From Myxococcota bacterium (GTDB lineage Bacteria; Myxococcota_A; UBA9160; JAFDDA01): 64,000 nt of DNA. Positions 19,888 to 30,900 of this stretch are shown in pieces (position 1 is the stretch's first letter; each line of letters opens with the position of its first letter). The translations under genes and the position numbers were made by a program. The stretch spans positions 3,392,001 through 3,456,000 of the forward strand of contig OZ245817.1 of NCBI GenBank assembly GCA_965228475.1, given 5' to 3'. The notes under the pieces were generated by a model. That model made no database searches. It saw only the letters and a program-made list of their open reading frames with translations, and was not told the DNA's origin.

Positions 19888-20664
19888 CTACTGGGCGAAT
19901 TCGCGGCGCTTGAGTTCGCGGACGTACTCGGCGAGCTCCGGGTCGCCGGCGACCATCTCGGAAACCCGCTCCTCGAAGTCCGCGGCGGTGCTCGCCAGGG
20001 GTTCGAGGTCGAGCTTCAGCTCGAGCGACTGCGCGAGGGTCTGCATGAGCGCGAGCCCGCCGCGCGGGTTGGGCGTCGCGGTGATGTAGTGCGGCAGCCC
20101 GGCCCACAGGGAAAGCACGTCGAGCTCGAGGCGGCGGAACCCTTCGCCGAGCACGCCGACGATGCCCGTCGGCCCCTCGTAGTGCGAGGGCTGCACGCCG
20201 AGCTCCGTGAGCCACTTCTCCTGGGTCGCGAAGCCGCTCACCACGACCGGGCGCGAGTACACGACGTCCGCCAGGTACGCGCCGAGCAGCACGACGCGCC
20301 GGACGCCGAGCTCCTGGGCGTATCCCTCGACGAGGCTGCAGAACTCCCGCCAGCGCAGGTGCGGCTCGGGCCCGACGCCGACGACGATGTCGTGCCCCTC
20401 CCGGAGGCTCCCGAAGTGGAACTCCACCGCGGGCCAGTCGATCTCGCGCACCCCGCCCTCTTCGATGCGCACGCGCGGCCGTTGCACCGTGAGGTCGAGG
20501 AAGGCGTCGCCTTCGATCCGCGCCAGCGGGGCCAGGCCGAGCTGCTCCGCCACGTAGCGGAGCGCCAGGCTCGCCGCCTCCCCGGCGTCGTTCCAGCCCT
20601 CGAAGGCGAGCACGAGCGTCGGGTCGGAGAGCGTCGGCTCGACGCGGCGTACGAGTTCGGTCAC
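19888..20664 (-). CDS. PAC2 family (proteasome assembly chaperone-like) protein
   Basis: AFEGWNDAGEAAS, GPEPHLRW, YEGPTGIVG, LWAGLPHY; GTG start overlaps upstream TGA. Confidence 0.85.
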   Translation of the reverse strand: MTELVRRVEPTLSDPTLVLAFEGWNDAGEAASLALRYVAEQLGLAPLARIEGDAFLDLTVQRPRVRIEEGGVREIDWPAVEFHFGSLREGHDIVVGVGPEPHLRWREFCSLVEGYAQELGVRRVVLLGAYLADVVYSRPVVVSGFATQEKWLTELGVQPSHYEGPTGIVGVLGEGFRRLELDVLSLWAGLPHYITATPNPRGGLALMQTLAQSLELKLDLEPLASTAADFEERVSEMVAGDPELAEYVRELKRREFAQ

Positions 20665-21449
20665 TTCTTGCGCCCCGCGGCCACGCGGCGCACGGCGTAG
20701 TTCCCCCGCTCCTCGTCGAAGTCGAGCTCGAGCAGGCCCTGGTCCTCCGCATCCTCGAGCAGGTCCGAGAAGGAGGAGTAGCCGTGATAGCGCTCGTTGA
20801 AGCCCGGGTGCAGACGGCGGATCGCCTGCTTGATCATCGAGCCCCAGACGACGTCGTAGTCGATCGCCATGGACTCGACGACCTCGCACAGGATCTCGAG
20901 CGCCTCGCCCTTCTTCACGTCGGCGGGCTTGGTGCCCTTCTTCTTCGAGGCGGTCGCGCGCTTCTGCTGACCGGCGTCGCGGACGAGGTCGTCGTAGTAG
21001 ATGAACTCGTCGCACGCGGCGACGAGCAGGTTGCTCGTGGACTGCTTCACGCCGCAGCCGATCACGCGCTTGTCGTTTTCCTTCAGCTTCGAGACCAGCG
21101 GCGAGAAATCGCTGTCCCCGGAAACGAGGCCGAAGATGTCGATGTGGGACTTCGCCGCGCACAGATCCATCGCGTCGACCACCATGTGGATGTCCGCACT
21201 GTTCTTCCCGCTCATCTTGCTCTGCGGGATGTCGACCATCTCGACGCCGTTCTGGTGCAGCTCGAGCGCCGACGAGCGGAAGCGGCTCCAATCGCAGTAG
21301 GCGCGCTTGTAGACGATGCGGCCCTTCTCGAGCAGGCGCTTCAAGACCAGGTCGATCTTGAAGGCGGTGCCCTTCTTTCCGCCGGCGGGAATTCCGAGCG
21401 CGAGGTTTTCGAAGTCCACGAAGACGGCGATGCGAGGTTCGGTCGACAT
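20661..21449 (-). CDS. NYN domain protein with OST-HTH/LOTUS domain
   Basis: VFVDFEN, GKNSADI, VSGDSDFSPL, CDEFIYY, PGFNERYHGYSSFSDLL. Confidence 0.88.
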   Translation of the reverse strand: MSTEPRIAVFVDFENLALGIPAGGKKGTAFKIDLVLKRLLEKGRIVYKRAYCDWSRFRSSALELHQNGVEMVDIPQSKMSGKNSADIHMVVDAMDLCAAKSHIDIFGLVSGDSDFSPLVSKLKENDKRVIGCGVKQSTSNLLVAACDEFIYYDDLVRDAGQQKRATASKKKGTKPADVKKGEALEILCEVVESMAIDYDVVWGSMIKQAIRRLHPGFNERYHGYSSFSDLLEDAEDQGLLELDFDEERGNYAVRRVAAGRKK

Positions 21450-21512
21450 GGAGCAGAGTGTGGCACGTCGGGGAAGGGAGCGACAGACGGTGGCTCGCCC
21501 CGGTGCGCCTCC

Positions 21513-22208
21513 CTAGCGCACGAAACGGTAGCCGTGGCCGCGCACGGAGACGATGTGCTTCGGGCGGGAGGGGTCGCGCTCGAGATAGCGGCGCAGGCGC
21601 ACGATGAAGCTGTCGACGACGCGCGTCCGCGTGTCGGGCCGGAGGCCCCAGACCTCCTCGAGCAGATCGCCGCGCGGCACCGCCTCGCCCTCGCGCTCCA
21701 CGAGGACGCGCAGGAGCGCCGCCTCCTTGGTCGTCAGCTGGATCCGTTCGTCCCCGGCCTCGATCTCGAATCGGTCGAAGTGGATCTTGGCCGTGCCCAC
21801 GTCGATGCTCGGAAGCGCGCCGTCGCGCTGGGCCCCGTCCCAGCGCCGGCGGCGCAGGACGCTGCGCACGCGCGCGAGGAGCTCCTCCAGGCGGAACGGC
21901 TTGAAGAGGTAGTCGTCGGCGCCGTCTTCGATGCCGCGCACGACGTCCTCGGGGTCGTCCTTCGCCGTCAGGATCAGCACGGGAGTGAAGTTCCCCGCGG
22001 CACGCATCCGCTTCACGACCTCGAAGCCCGAGAGCTCCGGCAACATGAGATCGAGCACCACGAGGTCGTAGGCAGCCTCCTGGCTCACGCGCTCGATCGC
22101 GGAGCGCCCGTCGCCGACGACGTCCGTCTCGTAGCCATCGGCTTCGAGGTTGAACTTCAGACCTTCCGCGATGTGACTTTCGTCTTCGACGACGAGGATC
22201 TTCGCCAC
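21513..22208 (-). CDS. OmpR-family response regulator
   Basis: ILVVEDE, LDLMLP, LTAK, GADDYLFKPF, winged-helix SVRGHGY. Confidence 0.92.
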   Translation of the reverse strand: MAKILVVEDESHIAEGLKFNLEADGYETDVVGDGRSAIERVSQEAAYDLVVLDLMLPELSGFEVVKRMRAAGNFTPVLILTAKDDPEDVVRGIEDGADDYLFKPFRLEELLARVRSVLRRRRWDGAQRDGALPSIDVGTAKIHFDRFEIEAGDERIQLTTKEAALLRVLVEREGEAVPRGDLLEEVWGLRPDTRTRVVDSFIVRLRRYLERDPSRPKHIVSVRGHGYRFVR

Positions 22209-22216
22209 CCGGTCTC

Positions 22217-23137
22217 CTAGGCCGCCGCGCGTAGCGTGACGACGAAACGGCTCCCCCGGCCCGCGCCCTCGCTCTGGGCCTCGACGCGACCGCCGTGACG
22301 GCGCACGAGGTCGCGCACGATGAACAGGCCGAGGCCGAGGCCCGACGCCGTGCGCTGCACGTCGCGGCCGGCCCGGTAGAAGCGCTGGAAGATCTTGCGG
22401 AGCTCGCGCTGCGGGATGCCGATGCCCTGATCCGCGATCTGCACGCGCACCCGGCGCTCCCCGGCCTCGCTGATGCCGACCCGGACGTCGACGGGCGGGT
22501 CCGAATACTTGACGGCGTTCTCGAGCAGGTTCCGGAAGACGAGGCCGAGCTCGCCCTCGTCGCCGCGCACGAGGGGGTCTTCGTCGGCGTCGAGCCGGAT
22601 CGATTCCGGGTCGAGCCCGTGGCTCTCCCGGATCTGATCGATGCACTCGGCGAGCAGCTCGCGCAGGGCGACCCGCCCCTTGTTCGGCGGCGGGGCCGCT
22701 TCCTCCGCGCGGGCCGCGGCAAGCACGTGGGCCACCGTGCGATCGAGGCGCTCGACGTCCTCGTCCATCATCCCGAGGAAGGACGCGCGACGCTCGGCGT
22801 CCGGGTCGCGGCGGCGCAGGGTGTCGACGGCGAGCCGGAGCGAAGCGATCGGCGTCTTCATCTCGTGGGTCACGGCGTCGAGGAAGGCCTGCTGCCGCTG
22901 GTTGTGCCGCATCTCGCGGATCAACCAGGCGCACAGCAGGACGAGGCCGAGGATCACGAGCCCGAAGAAGATCGAGCCGAGGATCAGGAACCACCAGTTC
23001 GCCGGCGTGAAGCCGCGCGCGACGGAACCGAAATCCGAAACGACGAGGATCTGCCAGCCGACGGCGAGCGCGACGGCGAGCACCGTCGCCACCACGCCGA
23101 TGGCGAGGCGAAACACCATCGAACGCCGGCTCCACAT
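22217..23137 (-). CDS. Sensor histidine kinase (two TM helices, minimal periplasmic loop)
   Basis: H-box THEMKTP, N-box NLLENAVKYS, DQGIGI, FQRFYR, GLGLGL. Confidence 0.92.
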   Translation of the reverse strand: MWSRRSMVFRLAIGVVATVLAVALAVGWQILVVSDFGSVARGFTPANWWFLILGSIFFGLVILGLVLLCAWLIREMRHNQRQQAFLDAVTHEMKTPIASLRLAVDTLRRRDPDAERRASFLGMMDEDVERLDRTVAHVLAAARAEEAAPPPNKGRVALRELLAECIDQIRESHGLDPESIRLDADEDPLVRGDEGELGLVFRNLLENAVKYSDPPVDVRVGISEAGERRVRVQIADQGIGIPQRELRKIFQRFYRAGRDVQRTASGLGLGLFIVRDLVRRHGGRVEAQSEGAGRGSRFVVTLRAAA

Positions 23138-23177
23138 GCCGGGAGGGTACGATAGAATCGGCGCTCGGGAGAAACCT

Positions 23178-24653
23178 TTGCCCCAGCCGCCGCGCCTCCG
23201 CGCCCTTGCCGCCGCCCCCTTCCTGGCGATCCTCTGCGCCTCCTCCTTCGCCGCGCTTCCCGCCGCGGCCGAGCCTCCGCCCGAAGGCCGCTGCCCCTCG
23301 ATCGCGCCGGCCGGCGCCGGCGGAGCGACCACGGATGCCATCGCCATCCCGATGCGCGAGGGCATGACCCTCACGCTCAAGGACATCTACTCCCTGCACC
23401 ACCTCCTGCCGCGCGAGGTCTGGCGCAACCGCAAGATCTTCTTCCACGAGGGCATGAAGCTCGAGGTGGGGCCCTGCCACCGCCGCTACTCGCTCCCGGT
23501 CTGGTACCACGACGCCACCGAGCGTCACGCCGACGCCGTCTCCCTCGACGACGACGGCAACCTCACGGGCTACCGCGCCGGCGTGCCCTTCCCTCCCGAG
23601 AAGATCCACCCCGAGGATCCGGCCGCCGGCGCGCGCTGGGCCTGGAACCACGTCTACCGCTGGCAGGGCGCCGGCCCGCGCGGGCGTTTCCGTCTGACCG
23701 ACATGCCGAGCCGCATCGGCAGCGTCGAGGTCTACGAGGGGAGCTTCTTCCAGGTCCAGACGGCCCACCGCGCGGACCTCGGCGCGACGAACTACGAGGC
23801 CCCGGAGGCCGAGGGCTACGCCTTCGTCTCCGGCGGCCGCTTCGAGAAGCCCTTCGACGCCCGGCACCTGGCCTGGCGCCAGATGCGCCCCCTCGATTTC
23901 GAGCAGCGCTTCAAGGAGCCGGACACCACCTTCGTCTACGTCCCCTCCATGCGGAAGTCGCGCCGGGGCGCGACGGCCTGGGTCGACGGCCTCTACCTGC
24001 CGACCTACCGCGTCGGCCACATCCAGGCCGGCGGCGGCGTCCCCTTCGGCTCGACGGAGTTCGGCCCGGCGGGCGCGATCAACCCGACGGCGGGCATCTC
24101 CGCAGCCTCGAGCGAGCACATCCGCCGCGGCTTCGTCGGCGTGGCCCTGCGCGCGAACGCCTACAAGTGGCACCTGGTGACGAAGCGCGAGGTCCTCGCA
24201 CCGATCAACACGGTGAACCCCGTGTACCCCGAGAGCGAAGAGCGCAACTTCGGCGAATCCGGCCTCTCCCTCGGCAGCGACCGCTGGGACGTCCGCTACG
24301 CCGTGGTGATCGAAGGCGTCTCCCGCACCGGCAGCAACCCCGTCGGCCGGCTGACCCTCTGGATCGACCATCAGACCGGGCAGCTCCTCTACTACATCTC
24401 GCGCAAGAAGAACCGGCGCATCATCGACATCGGCGTCCTGGCCCACCGCTACAGCGGGGACATCGTCGAGTACCCGGAGTGGCCGGGTGGCGGTCAGGCG
24501 CGCGTGTTCGACCCGGTGGCCGCGTCCTTCTACGGAGAGATCGAGGGCGGCACCGGCTGGCGCCGCGAATCCTGGGACATCCTCTCCATCCCGCCCGACG
24601 CCGCCGAGATGAAGAAGATCCTCTCGACGAGCGACCTGCTGAAGGGGCGCTAG
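23178..24653 (+). CDS. DUF1329-like secreted/periplasmic protein
   Basis: Signal peptide (..AALPAAA), AGVPFP, GARWAWN, DTTFVYVPSMRKSRR, WIDHQT; TTG start after GGAG. Confidence 0.7.
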   Translation: MPQPPRLRALAAAPFLAILCASSFAALPAAAEPPPEGRCPSIAPAGAGGATTDAIAIPMREGMTLTLKDIYSLHHLLPREVWRNRKIFFHEGMKLEVGPCHRRYSLPVWYHDATERHADAVSLDDDGNLTGYRAGVPFPPEKIHPEDPAAGARWAWNHVYRWQGAGPRGRFRLTDMPSRIGSVEVYEGSFFQVQTAHRADLGATNYEAPEAEGYAFVSGGRFEKPFDARHLAWRQMRPLDFEQRFKEPDTTFVYVPSMRKSRRGATAWVDGLYLPTYRVGHIQAGGGVPFGSTEFGPAGAINPTAGISAASSEHIRRGFVGVALRANAYKWHLVTKREVLAPINTVNPVYPESEERNFGESGLSLGSDRWDVRYAVVIEGVSRTGSNPVGRLTLWIDHQTGQLLYYISRKKNRRIIDIGVLAHRYSGDIVEYPEWPGGGQARVFDPVAASFYGEIEGGTGWRRESWDILSIPPDAAEMKKILSTSDLLKGR

Positions 24654-24665
24654 GCCGAGCGCCCG

Positions 24666-27600
24666 CTAGAACGTGTACCGGAAGGTCACGAACAGCTCCT
24701 CGCGATCGGAAACCGGCGTCAGGCCGTTGAAGCGCGTCCGTGTTTCATAGTCGTTGCCCGCGGTGGACGAGAGTGCAAGGGGCACCCGTGCCTGCCTCGC
24801 CGAGCGCGGCTCGCCTCGGAAGGTCGTCAGGCCCGTCGAGACCGAGAAGTTCTCCGTCATGCGGTAGGTGTAGTTCACGATCAGCCCGCTCGAGTTCGAC
24901 TCGATCTCGTGGATCAGGGTGAAGCTCGAGATCAGTCGATCCTGCCAGAACCCCGTGAAGGCGGTCAGCGTCATCAGGGCCGAGAAGGGGCCGTCCGGGG
25001 TGAGCGCCTTGTCCGTGTAGCCATCGATCCAGCGCACGAAGAACTGGGCGTTGAAGAAGATCGTCCGGTTGGCATTGAGGAAGTTGATGAAGGTCGGGCG
25101 GTCGACGGACACGGTGAGGTTCAGCGTGTCGTTGCGCGACCAGCCGTCTTTTTCATGGGTGTTCGAGTAGGGCTCGTCCTCGAACCAGACGAACTCGATG
25201 CCCCAGTTGGTCTTGGTGCGGTCCTCCGCGAAGTCCATCGAGAAGCCGAGTACGTTGCGGCGCTTGTAGAGGAGCCTCGCCTCTCCTCCCCCGTGCCACA
25301 GGAAGTCGCGCCGGCCGAAGCGGCCGTTGCCACCCGCCGAGATGTCCGGGCGTCGTGCCCCGGCCACCGAAAAGAGCGCGGTGATCAGCGTGCAGCTCAG
25401 GAGACCCTGTTCACTGACTGCGCTGCAGTTTTCGTTGTCCGGCAGGAGCCCGGAAAGCGTCGAGAGCAGGATCATGAGGTTGTAGGAGGTCGTCTGGACT
25501 TCGCTCTGGAAGAACTGGCCGGTGCGCGGGTCGATCTGGTTCGCGGCGCCGTTGCACTGGGCGCCGAGGCCCGGGCTCTGCTGGTTGAGCGCAGCCGCGA
25601 CGGCAGGAAGGTTCACGCTCAGATCGGTCACGCAGCCGTCGATGAGGGGGTTGTAGCGGAAGCCAACGGGGTCGGTGAAGAAGGAGAACGGGCTTCGCGC
25701 CCCGGGCAACTGCACCTGCCCGACCCCTGCGATGAAGCGAGTACCGATCGGGCCGTCGAACTGCGGGAAGGCCGAGAGGATGACCGAAGCCTCGGCGGAG
25801 TAGAGGTCGACCCCACCGAACTCGAGAACGCCGTCGCCGTCGAGGTCGTAGCCCGCTCCGCAGATGTCCGTCCCGGCGGGCGCGTTCGGGTGGAAGAACC
25901 GGCCCGTGCCGAACAGGGCTTCCTGCTGATCCGTGAGGAGGCTCCCGCACGTATCCGCGAACCCGAGATCGGCGCCATCGCTCAAGGGATTCTGATGGAG
26001 GGCGACGGCGGGCACGAAGGTCGCGCCGAGCTGCGCCGCGAGCAGTCCTCCGATGCCTGTCCAGGCCACGTCGCCACCGAGCGCGAGCCCGAGCACCGAG
26101 CGGATGGCGATGTTCACGGGCACGGTGAGCGAATCGACCGTGTTGAACAGGTCGAGCGCGCAGTCGCTCTGGAGGACCGGGGCACCTCCGCCGGCCAGCG
26201 TCACGCCCGCGTTGGCCGCGAGCCCGCTGCTGGCGGAGCACAGTACGTCGAAGAATTGCCGATTGCCCGAGGTATGAGTGCCTGCGTTGGCCGGCGACAG
26301 GCAGGTCTCCTCGAACCCGGTGATGCAGGTCCCGAGCCCCGTCGCGCCGGCGATGCGCGGGCGCCCGGTGACCGGATCCGCGTTCCGGTCGTATTCGTTG
26401 AAGATGTCGATGACCGGGACGTCCGGGAAGCCGTAGAAGTTCGTGATGGCGAAGCTGAAGCGGCCGTAGCGGAACTCGAGCCGCAGGCCGGCCTCGAGGC
26501 CGCGCGTGCTGTTCCACGGGTCCTGGGGCCGCTCCTCGCCCGCGAGCCCGACGCCGGTCAGGCCGTGGCCGTAGGCTCCGAACTTCTTCAGGCACACCAG
26601 CCAGACCGTGTAGGGCTCGCCGCAGATGCCGAGGTCCGTCGGCTCGAAGTGGTCGAGGTTCGTTGCCAACTCGAGGCGCACGTCCTCGAAGGGGCCGACG
26701 TTCCAGAAGGACCAGATCGCGCGCAGGGACCACAGCGCAATCCGCGAAGACTCGAGACTCGAGAGGGTCGCCAGGGCGATGTCCTGGGGGTTGAACTGGT
26801 CCTGGGCCCGGAAGAGCTCCGTCTTGCCCCAGACCGTCGTCTGGCGCCCGACGCGCAGGAAGAGCTGGCCGTCGAGGAACTCGATGTCGAGGTAGGCCTC
26901 GCGAAGCTCCTTGACCTGCTGCTGGCTCGCACCCCGGTTCCACTGGAGTTCGTTCTCGCTGAAGTTCACGTCGAGATCGTCGAGGTCGTCGATGATCTCG
27001 CGGAGGCGAGGCGAAGGCGAGAACAGCGAGCCCTGGGCCGGTCGCAGCGGGAGGGGGATCGGGATCGTGGCCGGGCCGGCGAGCGTCGTCACCGCGGTCG
27101 GCACGTTTCGCAGCGCCCCGTTGGCCTTCACGTCCTCGGGTGTCCACGGCCCCAACGGAGCGGTGAGCGGCCCCACGGACCCCTGGATGTGTTTGACGGC
27201 GAACTTGAAGTCCGAGACCGGTCCGAGGGTACGCGCCAGAGCCAGCTCGGTCGCGGCACCGCCGATGCCGAGAATCGTGTCGAGCGGCGGGATCTCCGCG
27301 ACCCCGACCAACCGCGCCCCCGACCCGTGCACCCGTCGCGATGGGCTCGACGGGTTGCGGAACCGTCCGGTGAAACCGCTCGACCGGCCGTTCGTGAACT
27401 GGGACGGCGCCCGGTTCGCCTCGTTGCCCCAGAGGCGCTGTCCGGTGGCGATGTGGCACATGGACTGCCAGACGCAGTCGTAGCGCCCCTCGACGCGGAT
27501 GAAGCCCTGGAGGAGCGAGATCGGGCCCCAGCCGTCGGGCAGGAGGTCGAACTCCGCCTCGAGGCTCAGCGTGTGGGCCCATTGGTGCGGGTTGAAGTTG

Positions 27601-27803
27601 GTGAGCTCGAAGCTGTCCGCGATGCCGCGGAACTCCATCTGGTAGGCGCCGTGCAGCTCGACGAAGCCGTTACCGAACTCGATCGCGCGGCCGGGAGAGG
27701 AAACCAGGATCGCTGCCGCCATGGACAGCGTGAGCGAAATCAGAAAGCCGGGCTTGCGACTCTTCTTCGACGTCGAGCGCACCACACCATCCGGACGGGT
27801 CAT
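24666..27803 (-). CDS. Large DUF1302-like outer-membrane beta-barrel protein, paralog 3 (1045 aa)
   Basis: Signal peptide; ELREAYLD, RVGRQTTVWGKTE, DQFNPQD; C-terminal FVTFRYTF. Confidence 0.7.
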   Translation of the reverse strand: MTRPDGVVRSTSKKSRKPGFLISLTLSMAAAILVSSPGRAIEFGNGFVELHGAYQMEFRGIADSFELTNFNPHQWAHTLSLEAEFDLLPDGWGPISLLQGFIRVEGRYDCVWQSMCHIATGQRLWGNEANRAPSQFTNGRSSGFTGRFRNPSSPSRRVHGSGARLVGVAEIPPLDTILGIGGAATELALARTLGPVSDFKFAVKHIQGSVGPLTAPLGPWTPEDVKANGALRNVPTAVTTLAGPATIPIPLPLRPAQGSLFSPSPRLREIIDDLDDLDVNFSENELQWNRGASQQQVKELREAYLDIEFLDGQLFLRVGRQTTVWGKTELFRAQDQFNPQDIALATLSSLESSRIALWSLRAIWSFWNVGPFEDVRLELATNLDHFEPTDLGICGEPYTVWLVCLKKFGAYGHGLTGVGLAGEERPQDPWNSTRGLEAGLRLEFRYGRFSFAITNFYGFPDVPVIDIFNEYDRNADPVTGRPRIAGATGLGTCITGFEETCLSPANAGTHTSGNRQFFDVLCSASSGLAANAGVTLAGGGAPVLQSDCALDLFNTVDSLTVPVNIAIRSVLGLALGGDVAWTGIGGLLAAQLGATFVPAVALHQNPLSDGADLGFADTCGSLLTDQQEALFGTGRFFHPNAPAGTDICGAGYDLDGDGVLEFGGVDLYSAEASVILSAFPQFDGPIGTRFIAGVGQVQLPGARSPFSFFTDPVGFRYNPLIDGCVTDLSVNLPAVAAALNQQSPGLGAQCNGAANQIDPRTGQFFQSEVQTTSYNLMILLSTLSGLLPDNENCSAVSEQGLLSCTLITALFSVAGARRPDISAGGNGRFGRRDFLWHGGGEARLLYKRRNVLGFSMDFAEDRTKTNWGIEFVWFEDEPYSNTHEKDGWSRNDTLNLTVSVDRPTFINFLNANRTIFFNAQFFVRWIDGYTDKALTPDGPFSALMTLTAFTGFWQDRLISSFTLIHEIESNSSGLIVNYTYRMTENFSVSTGLTTFRGEPRSARQARVPLALSSTAGNDYETRTRFNGLTPVSDREELFVTFRYTF

Positions 27804-27979
27804 TTCACCCTCCTCCTGCTCGACCCCTCGCATGTGCTGCGGAATCCGGCCCGAACCGCCGGCAGCCACCGCACCTTCCCCCAGCGATCGGGCTCCGCGC
27901 ATTATGAACCGCGAAAGCGGAGGGCCTCAAGGATTTTCGCCCTCGAGGCCCTCGGAAGAATCGCGCACGCTCCTCGGAG

Positions 27980-30900
27980 CTAGAACGTCTTGCGCAGGGT
28001 GAAGAAGAGTTCGTCGCGTTCGGTCAACGGCGAGACACCCTGGTAGTTGCTGCGCTGCGTCGCGTCGCAGCACGTGAAGCGCGTGAGCGGGCTCCGCTCG
28101 AGGACGCGCGAGCGGCGCGGCGAGCCGTAGAAGGTCGAGAGGCCGACCGTCGCCGAGAAGGATTCCGAGAAGCGGTAGGAGACCGTGAAGATCTGCCCGC
28201 CCGAGTTCGACTCGACCTCGTGGATGAGCGTGAGGAAGGCGTTCAGGCGGTCCTGCCAGAACCCCGTGAAGGCCGTGAAGGTCGCCAGCGCCGCCACCGG
28301 GCCGTCGACCTCGAAGGTATCCCGGCGCTCGTAGTTCGGGATGTAGCGGAGGAAGAGCTGCGCGTTGAAGAAGATCGTGCGGTTCGCGTTCAGGAAGTTG
28401 ATGAACGTCGGGCGATCGACCGAGATCGTGAGGTTCAGCGTGTCTTCCCGCGAGAAGCCGCGGTCGGCCCGCTGGTTGATGTAGGGCGCGTCCTCGATCC
28501 AGGTGAAGTCCATGCCCCAGGCGGTCTTGCTCCAATCCTCGGTGAAGTCCACGGAGACGCCCAGCACGTTCCGTCGCTCGTAGAAGAGCTGGATCTCCGA
28601 GCCGGCGAGCCAGGTCATGTCGCGCCGGCCATAGCGGCCGTTGCCCCCCGCCCGGAACTCCGGCCGTTGGACGGCGCTCGTCTCGAACAGGCCGTTCAGG
28701 AACTCGCAACGCGTCGGGGCTGCAACGCTGCAGCCCGAGTCCGGATCGATCAGGCCGGAGATGCCGGCGAGCAGGCGAACGAGGTTCTCCGAGACGATCG
28801 CCATTTCGGTCGGGAAGAGCGTCCGGATCTGCTCGACCGTGTAGCTCGGTCCGGCGTTGTCGAAGTTGATGCGATTTCCCGGGTTTGCGCCGTCCGGAAT
28901 GGGAACCAGGTACCCGACGCCGGCGCCGTCGGCCGGATCGTCGTCACACTGGTCGGCATTCGCAGCACTGATGCCGCGGCTGATCAGATCCGCCCGGACC
29001 TGAGCCCCATAGGCACCGAGGTTCGTCAACCCGACGACGCAGCCGTCGACCGTCGGATCCCAGCGGTACCCGACCGGATCAGAGAAATAGGTGAAGACGC
29101 TGCGCGCTCCGGGAAGCTGGATGGTTCCCACGCCGGGGATGAAGCGCGTGGCGATCGCACCGTTGAGCGGGATGCCGCCGTGCTCCGATTGTGGGAAGGC
29201 TTGGTAGAGGACACTCGCCTCCAGGTTGAACAGGTCGATCCCATCGACGTTGCAGTCGGTCTGATAGAACGGGCCGCATCCGAGCAGCGCCTGCTGCTCC
29301 GGGCTGAGGAAGCCGGTGAAGGAGGTCGCGCCGGTCTGGACCGCGTCGTTTCGGCCCGGGTGCAACGGAATCGTGGCCGTCGAGGGGTCACCCCCGCCGA
29401 AGGTCTTCCCGAGGATGTTGCAGAAGACGAGACAGGCGGCGCTGCCGTTGAAGAAGTCTCCGTCCGCCAGGGTCTGGCCGAGCACGGCCGGCACGTTCCC
29501 GAGGCCCGGGATCGGGTCCGGGTTGTTGAAGATCGAGATGACGCACGACGTGATGGGAAGCAGGTTCCCGAGGTTGCCCGGGATCACGAGATTCTGGGTG
29601 GCCGAGCACGTCGTATCGTAGAGCTGCCGATTGCCGGAGTGATACGCGAGCGCGTTGCCGACGTTCAGGCAGGCCGGTTCGTTGCCAGTTACGCAGGCCC
29701 CGGTGGCGCCCGAGATCCGCGGACGCCCGGTGTTCGGGTCGACGTTGCGGTCGTATTCGTGGAAGTAGTCAGGCGTCGGGAAGTCGTCGTAGCCGTAGAA
29801 ATCGGTGATGGCGATGGAGAAGCGGCCGATGCGGAACTCGACGCGGGCGCCGAACTCGAAGCCGGTGCCGCTCTCGTAGAAGGCCGGCGGCCGCAGCTCG
29901 CCGGCGATGCCGAGGCCCGAGAAGCCGTGGGCGAACAGGCCGTACTGCTTCTGGCACACGAGGAACACGGCGTAGGGCTCGCCGCAGTCGCCGATGTCCG
30001 CCGGCTCGAAGTTGTCGAGGTTCACCGCCAGCTCGAGGCGGAGATCCTGGAACGGCCCGACGTCGTAGAACGAATAGACCGCCCGGGCCTGCCAGAGCGC
30101 GATCAGGGACTCCTCGAAGCTCGGGAGATTCGAGACCGCCACGTCCTGGGGATTCAGCTGGTCCGGCGTTCCGCTTCGGAAGAGCTCCGTCTTGCCCCAA
30201 CGCGTGATCTGCTTCCCGAGCCGGAGCTGAAGGCGCCCTTCGGCCATCACGATGTCGAGATAGGCCTCCTTGAGTTCCTTCGTCTGCTGCTGGCTCGCCC
30301 CCCGGTTCCAGGCGAGCTCGTTCTCGGTGAAGTTGACGTCGGGGTTGTCGTAGTCGTCGATGAAGCGGGTCAAGCCGGCCGAGGGAATGAAGAGCGAGGG
30401 GGTCGCGGGGCGGAAGGGCAGCGCCTTCTGGTCGGGCACGGGAACGCCAGCCAGAGAGCCCGTCGAGTCGATGTGGGTCCCGGGGTCGATCGGGCCGAGC
30501 ACCGAGACCAGCGGATGGAGCGAGCCCTTCACGTGCTTGCTCGTGAACTTCGCCTCGAGCAGCTCGTCACCGAAGGTCCGCTGGATGTCTTCCGGCGAAC
30601 CGAGCGTGAGCAGCGTGCTGAAGGGGTCGAAGTCCGCGAAGGAGGCGAGGCGGCTCGAAGGCTGCTCGCGCACGATCGGGTTGAGCGGGTTCGGGAGAAC
30701 GCCCGTCACGCCCCGCGTGCGGCCGTTCGAAATGTTCTCCGGCGCCCGCCTCGCGTCGTCGCCGAAGTAGTTCCACTGGCGCGCCATGTGGCAGGCGTGC
30801 TCGAACACGCAGTCGTACTGGACGTCGACGCGCGCGAAGGCCTCCACGATGTCGAAGGGCCCGATGCCGTCGGGGAAGAGCTCCGCCTCGAACTCGAGGG

